Shown in pieces: positions 59,042-64,000 of a stretch of 64,000 nucleotides of DNA. Both the position numbers and the translations under genes were made by a program. Each line of letters starts with the position of its first letter. Position 1 is the stretch's first letter. The stretch comes from Bacteroidia bacterium. GTDB taxonomy: Bacteria > Bacteroidota > Bacteroidia > NS11-12g > UBA9320. The stretch covers positions 710,440-774,439 of the forward strand of contig CBDCFW010000006.1 of assembly GCA_965216465.1 (NCBI GenBank), written 5' to 3'. The notes under the pieces were generated by a model. That model searched no databases. It was given only the letters and a program-made list of their open reading frames with translations, and had not been told where the DNA came from.

Positions 59042-60868
59042 CTATAAACCTTCAAAGAAAAGCTCTTCTTTTGATTTTCCTTCCTTAATTCCGTAATATA
59101 ACTTACGTGATTCTACAGCATAAAGACTTGAGCTGTATTCCAACAAGATTCTCTCAAAAAGGTCAAGTGCTTCTTGAGGTTGGTCAAGTATATGTAGGTG
59201 AATATTAGCCGCACGATACAGTGCATTGTCAGCCAGAATATCATTCCCAAACTTGTCATATATCTTGCTATATAACTCGTTTGCAGCTAAGTAGTTACCT
59301 TGTTTTTCTTCAACTTTTGCTTTTAAGTAATAAATCTCATCATTGAGCGAATGGTTGGGGTATTTAAATGGCAGCATCGTTAAGATTTCGGTGCATTTGT
59401 CTATTCGATTTTGAACCAAATAAAATTCTGCCTGAGCATACTCTTCCATAGCTTCATAAGTAGAGTCTAACCCAATATTGTCTTGTATCAGAAGCGACAA
59501 CTCAATTGCATTATTACTAATCAGCTGAGAGGTAGCAGTTTTTAAAACGTCAAGTTGATTATTTGCCCAATCGAAATCTCCGGTGTAATACGAAAGTTGC
59601 GCACTTTTAAACTTGGCTTCCTGGCCTAAAGCTTCTTCTTTAAAGTCTTTGTCTACCTGGCCATACATTAATTTTGCATCCCAAATTTCATTTTTAATGA
59701 GGTATGCATCGCCTAACAAAATTTTTGCTTGAGCAATAAAGCTATGATTCACGCGTCTAATTTGCACCAGCTCTTCAAGAATCTTAATTCCGTCCGAAAC
59801 ACGATCACCGTAGTAAATATAGAGCTCGGCTAATCGGTACATGCTGGGTGCCGTTTGGTAATTTGAACCATTTAACTCAATGAAATTCTCAACTGTACCA
59901 ATTAGTTCAGTAACTTCGGTTTGCTCAGGTTTAAATGAGCTTGTAACCTTGAGATACAAGGCATTGATCATGCCTATTTCTGCTTCAAGCGGAGTTGCTA
60001 AACTCGATTCTAATTCTTTGACATATTTATAGCCTTTGGCAGCTGCGTCGTAAGCCTGATTTTGAATGCAGATTTCTGCAAGATTCATCACACGAACCCC
60101 TTGTTCCTTATTTCTTCTATCAATCGAAATTACTTGTCGCAGTGCAGCGTTATACTTTTTCTGTAGAAGAAATATTTCAAGTAATAACTCCTCAAACACA
60201 ACCTTGCTTGGATTTTTTTGGATATAGAATAAGGTTCTCTCTTGTAAATAGGCCGCACTTTTTTTGTTTTCGTAAACAACATCCAGTTTACGCATTACTT
60301 CTTCAAACTTTCTTTCGTCTTTGTGCAAGACTTCTAGAGCTAAATCGGTAAGGTCTTTATTGTTTTTAGACATTCGATACAAACTCAACAACTGAGAAGA
60401 GAATGTCATGAAGCCATGCTTGCTTGCTCCTTGCTCAAACGTACGAACAGCATAATCGTTTAGGTTACGACGTATAAAAGCTTGTGCTAACAAATTGACC
60501 TGCGATTGATCACGCGTATGTTTATCTATTATCTTATCGAAATAGGTTTGTGCTTCTTCGTCTTTGCTGAACTGTTGATATACAAATCCGAGATCAACTG
60601 CGTAATACAACTTATGTGGAAAGCGTTTTATTTGCTTTTGAACGAGTTTTTCAGCATCACTTTCTTCGTTAAGTGCTATAAGACATTTTAGATAATTCTC
60701 ATAGATGTACATGGATGAAGGCGATCGCTTATGAAGCTTTTTGTACAGTTCTCCCGCCTTTTCAAAATCGCCATCTTCATAAAACTGGGCAGCAAGTTTT
60801 TCGTCAGTGTTTTGACCTAATGAAGTCAGCGAAACGAAGACTAGTATTATGGAAATGAGATGTTTCAA
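59042..60868 (-). CDS. Secreted tetratricopeptide-repeat protein
   Basis: Signal peptide ...SLTSLG|QNT; multiple TPR-like helical repeats (A/Y/L periodicity); 608 aa. Confidence 0.6.
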   Translation of the reverse strand: MKHLISIILVFVSLTSLGQNTDEKLAAQFYEDGDFEKAGELYKKLHKRSPSSMYIYENYLKCLIALNEESDAEKLVQKQIKRFPHKLYYAVDLGFVYQQFSKDEEAQTYFDKIIDKHTRDQSQVNLLAQAFIRRNLNDYAVRTFEQGASKHGFMTFSSQLLSLYRMSKNNKDLTDLALEVLHKDERKFEEVMRKLDVVYENKKSAAYLQERTLFYIQKNPSKVVFEELLLEIFLLQKKYNAALRQVISIDRRNKEQGVRVMNLAEICIQNQAYDAAAKGYKYVKELESSLATPLEAEIGMINALYLKVTSSFKPEQTEVTELIGTVENFIELNGSNYQTAPSMYRLAELYIYYGDRVSDGIKILEELVQIRRVNHSFIAQAKILLGDAYLIKNEIWDAKLMYGQVDKDFKEEALGQEAKFKSAQLSYYTGDFDWANNQLDVLKTATSQLISNNAIELSLLIQDNIGLDSTYEAMEEYAQAEFYLVQNRIDKCTEILTMLPFKYPNHSLNDEIYYLKAKVEEKQGNYLAANELYSKIYDKFGNDILADNALYRAANIHLHILDQPQEALDLFERILLEYSSSLYAVESRKLYYGIKEGKSKEELFFEGL

Positions 60869-61010
60869 ATTTTATGTAGCGAATATACCTCCACTTTATG
60901 GAAGTACCATTTCTGCAGTACTTAACGCAAATAAAATGCCAAGCAGGTATGTTTTATTGTCTTTTTTCAATCAAATGATTAAAAAATTAGGTAAGCACTT
61001 GATATAGTCG

Positions 61011-61018
61011 TACCTTTG
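61011..61018 (+). promoter_or_regulatory. Candidate -7 element (TACCTTTG) for guaB
   Basis: Matches the Bacteroidetes TAnnTTTG consensus about 32 nt upstream of the guaB ATG. Confidence 0.3.
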
Positions 61019-61049
61019 TGCGGCAAATAACTATATCTGTTTATTTGCA

Positions 61050-62522
61050 ATGAGTCAAAACACAAATTCCAAAGTTTCTTATCTCGGTTTAACATTTGAT
61101 GATGTCTTGGTATTGCCACGATATTCTGAGGTCTTACCACGTGAAACCACTACTAAAACCAAGTTAACCAAGAACCTTTCTATCAACATTCCTATCGTAA
61201 GTGCTGCTATGGACACCGTTACAGAAGCCAATCTTGCAATTGCAATTGCACGAGAAGGAGGAATCGGTATTGTTCATAAAAACATGAGCATTGAAGATCA
61301 AGCGATGCATGTTAAAAAAGTAAAGCGTTCTGAGAGCGGAATGATTAAAGATCCTATTACGTTAAAGAAGGATAACACCATTCAAGATGCACTCAATGTG
61401 ATGAAAGAGAATAGAATTGGAGGAATTCCTATTACTGACGGAAATGAAACGTTAATAGGTATTATTACGAACAGAGATCTTCGTTTTCAGGTTGACATGA
61501 AAACTTCAATTGGAGAAGTAATGACTTCAACCAACCTCATTACGGCATCAGAAGGTACTGATCTTAAAGAAGCAGAAGCAATTTTACAGAAACATAAAAT
61601 TGAGAAACTTCCTGTTGTTGATGATGACAATAAGCTTTTGGGCCTAATTACTTTTAAAGATATTCAAAAGGTTAGTCACCATCCAAATGCATGTAAAGAT
61701 GAATTTGGAAGACTAATGGTTGGAGCAGCAGTTGGAGTTACAGCCGATACCCTTGAACGTGTTACTCGATTGGTTGAAGAAGATGTAGACGTTATTGCAA
61801 TCGACACCGCTCATGGTCACTCGAAAGGTGTTGTTGACGAACTAAAGAAAGTAAAGGCAAAATTTCCAGACCTTCAAATCATAGTAGGAAATGTTGCAAC
61901 TGGAGCAGCTGCAAAATACTTAGCTGACAATGGAGCAGATGCTGTTAAAGTAGGAGTAGGGCCAGGTTCAATTTGTACTACGCGAATTATTGCAGGAATT
62001 GGAGTACCTCAACTAAGTGCAATCGTTGAATGTGCAGAAGCACTAAAAGGAACAGGTGTTCCGGTTATTGCAGATGGAGGTATTCGTTACAGCGGTGATT
62101 TGGTTAAAGCTATTGTAGCTGGTGCCGATACAATTATGGCAGGTAGCCTATTTGCTGGAACTGAAGAAAGTCCTGGCGATGTTTCTTTCTACGAAGGAAG
62201 AAAGGTTAAATCTTATCGAGGTATGGGCTCAATTGAAGCCATGAAAAAAGGTTCTAAGGATCGTTATTTCCAAGATGCTGAAGAAGAAATAGGCAAATTG
62301 GTTCCAGAAGGTATTGTGGGTACGGTAGCTTATAAAGGAAGGCTTGCTGAAGTTGTTTACCAATACATTGGAGGTTTACGTGCAGGGATGGGATATACCG
62401 GTTCTTCGAGTATTGAACAGCTACAAACAGCTTCATTCACCCGAATTACTAACTCTGGTATGCGTGAAAGTCACCCTCACGATGTAACCATTACAAAAGA
62501 GGCTCCTAACTACTCTCGTTAA
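61050..62522 (+). CDS. guaB: IMP dehydrogenase
   Basis: Two CBS domains, catalytic [11 protein letters not shown] loop, 490 aa. Confidence 0.9.
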   Translation: MSQNTNSKVSYLGLTFDDVLVLPRYSEVLPRETTTKTKLTKNLSINIPIVSAAMDTVTEANLAIAIAREGGIGIVHKNMSIEDQAMHVKKVKRSESGMIKDPITLKKDNTIQDALNVMKENRIGGIPITDGNETLIGIITNRDLRFQVDMKTSIGEVMTSTNLITASEGTDLKEAEAILQKHKIEKLPVVDDDNKLLGLITFKDIQKVSHHPNACKDEFGRLMVGAAVGVTADTLERVTRLVEEDVDVIAIDTAHGHSKGVVDELKKVKAKFPDLQIIVGNVATGAAAKYLADNGADAVKVGVGPGSICTTRIIAGIGVPQLSAIVECAEALKGTGVPVIADGGIRYSGDLVKAIVAGADTIMAGSLFAGTEESPGDVSFYEGRKVKSYRGMGSIEAMKKGSKDRYFQDAEEEIGKLVPEGIVGTVAYKGRLAEVVYQYIGGLRAGMGYTGSSSIEQLQTASFTRITNSGMRESHPHDVTITKEAPNYSR

Positions 62523-63170
62523 TTAGTCTCTGCTTTCAACCAGAATCAGTACTCCATTCTCGTGGTTGATCACAGTATTGGACTCTGAACCTGTACTATT
62601 ATTAGAGCCACTTCTTTCACCAAGTTTAAGGGATTCTTGATTGAGGTTGTACTTTAAGTTTTCGGTGTAAATGCCATCCACTTCTCCTATAGGGAATAGA
62701 GAAAGAGCAGTATTTTCTGGATATACCTTGGTGAAATGTTTGGGTAGCACAAAGGCCTTTGAATGGTCATCATATAGCACTACCTTAACATGCTTGTATT
62801 TGGCCAGAGTAGCAAAGTTGTTAACCGTATGATCGAGTCTTTTTCCAGTTGCCCATACCACATTTACGTTTTCAAATCCACGCTCGATTAAGTAGTTTAA
62901 ACCCTTTTCTAAATCGGTGGTTTCTTGGTCATCAACTTTAATAAATTCAACATTTGGCAAGTCTGGTATTTCGGTTATTGAATCAAAATCTCCAATAACA
63001 ACATCGGGCTTGATTTGTAATGATCGAACACGTTCAAAAGCTCCGTCGAGCACGACTATAATCGGACACCATTCAAGCAATTGAGTTAAAAGTGTGTACG
63101 AGCACATTTCTCCGTTTGCTATGATCAAAGGTGGCTCCTGGCCTTCTTTTACAAAGTGGTGTGATGACAT
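62523..63170 (-). CDS. Thiamine pyrophosphokinase
   Basis: VVIGDFDSI TPK motif; 215 aa. Confidence 0.65.
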   Translation of the reverse strand: MSSHHFVKEGQEPPLIIANGEMCSYTLLTQLLEWCPIIVVLDGAFERVRSLQIKPDVVIGDFDSITEIPDLPNVEFIKVDDQETTDLEKGLNYLIERGFENVNVVWATGKRLDHTVNNFATLAKYKHVKVVLYDDHSKAFVLPKHFTKVYPENTALSLFPIGEVDGIYTENLKYNLNQESLKLGERSGSNNSTGSESNTVINHENGVLILVESRD

Positions 63171-63234
63171 TTTAGTGCAATATTCAAAACAAACTTAACA
63201 ATTTGTAAATTCTCAAGGCTTAATTTGTATTAGG

Positions 63235-64000
63235 ATGAAAAAGCAATTTGCGATCATACTACTACTGACTATTGTACTTATCGGATGTAAAAAAGAGAAG
63301 TTCAGAACCGACAGTCAGTGGCTTACCCCAGTGGTAAAGACCAATCTAAATCTCGGCAATCTTATACCCGATTCGAGCTTGCAGATCAATGCCGATAAAA
63401 CGGCAAACTTCGTTTTGCAAGAAGAATATGGTATTAGTAGCTTAGAAGATGTACTTGTTGTTCCAGATAGAGTTGAAACCATTGAAGTAACCCTTAGCAG
63501 TCTAGTTCTTGAAGATCGAGAGTTTACCGACACACTTACGCTTGCAGAAATGTACCCTGCCAGTTTGTTGTTGAATGGACAAACCACAACCTTACCTGCC
63601 CAAGACATTAATTCAAGTAACGGAACTGTAATTGATGTTACTGAAGAGTTTTTTACTACGGCAACGTTTAACGAAGGATTCATTGATATTGAAGTTCATA
63701 ATGACCTTCCAGTTGAAGCAGAAATCATCGAGTTTGAGTTACTTAATAACGACGATAAAAGTGTAATACTTAGCGGCGTAATTAACAATCTACCTGCATT
63801 TGGTAGCGATACCCAAACCCACTCACTTGCTGGCAAAACTGTAGATGGTGTAATGGAAATGAATGTTACGCGCATTAAAACTTTGGCCAGTCCAGGTCCG
63901 GTTTTGATAGAAGCACATAAGGGTTTAAGAACCAAGTTTTCTGTAAGAGGACTAAAGCCACAGGTAGCCACGGCTATCTTCCCTGCGCAAAACCTCATCA
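63235..64000 (+). CDS. Hypothetical lipoprotein, 3'-partial (runs off the window end)
   Basis: ATG at 63235 opens a stop-free frame through nt 64000 (MKKQFAIILLLTIVLIGCKKEKF...). Lipobox LIGC. Not in the ORF track, presumably because it has no stop within the window. Confidence 0.55.
   Translation, partial: MKKQFAIILLLTIVLIGCKKEKFRTDSQWLTPVVKTNLNLGNLIPDSSLQINADKTANFVLQEEYGISSLEDVLVVPDRVETIEVTLSSLVLEDREFTDTLTLAEMYPASLLLNGQTTTLPAQDINSSNGTVIDVTEEFFTTATFNEGFIDIEVHNDLPVEAEIIEFELLNNDDKSVILSGVINNLPAFGSDTQTHSLAGKTVDGVMEMNVTRIKTLASPGPVLIEAHKGLRTKFSVRGLKPQVATAIFPAQNLI

Noticed and set aside
63315-63998. Two minus-strand ORFs (122 aa and 100 aa) at the window end
   Set aside because: A plus-strand ORF with ATG, signal peptide and lipobox occupies the same DNA and reads stop-free to the window edge. 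The minus-strand products are Ser/Thr/Leu-rich, antisense-like.

Overview
This window reads as a mostly core chromosomal segment of a Bacteroidetes genome, probably Flavobacteriia-like (about 38% GC). The phylum call rests on T9SS C-terminal sorting domains, a DUF4249 + TonB receptor pair, a short-form glycogen synthase next to DUF4270, a PcrB-type GGGP synthase, and signal peptides that follow the Bacteroidetes Q-rule. I annotated about 60 protein genes, one initiator-type tRNA-Met and several clear rho-independent terminators. Housekeeping genes dominate: mnmA, purK, purE, class II RNR nrdJ, cysS, sodA, pyrF, asd, a DAHP synthase, panC, era, der, pheS, mnmG, ybeY, xerC/D, guaB and a thiamine pyrophosphokinase. 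I see no CRISPR array, transposase, phage block or recognisable defence system. The loci most worth a second look are these: (1) just downstream of tRNA-fMet, a three-gene minus-strand cluster of two divergent YceI-like secreted proteins flanking a 442-aa outer-membrane beta-barrel; (2) next to it, a translationally coupled Y-family polymerase (DinB-like with intact catalytic residues) plus a DnaE2-like error-prone Pol III alpha mutagenesis cassette; (3) an M28 glutaminyl-cyclase-like lipoprotein in a window where nearly all SPase-I substrates expose Gln at +1; (4) a tandem pair of GT-C (GT39/ArnT-like) membrane glycosyltransferases with a secreted TPR protein; (5) an acidic tandem-repeat lipoprotein and a tiny lipoprotein gene between strong terminators; (6) an unusually long (about 390 bp) AT-rich non-coding region upstream of pheS; and (7) a doubled palindromic TTAACGTTAA operator-like site. 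Several ORF-track N-termini are spurious extensions and are corrected in the feature list. An unlisted plus-strand lipoprotein ORF runs off the 3' end of the window.
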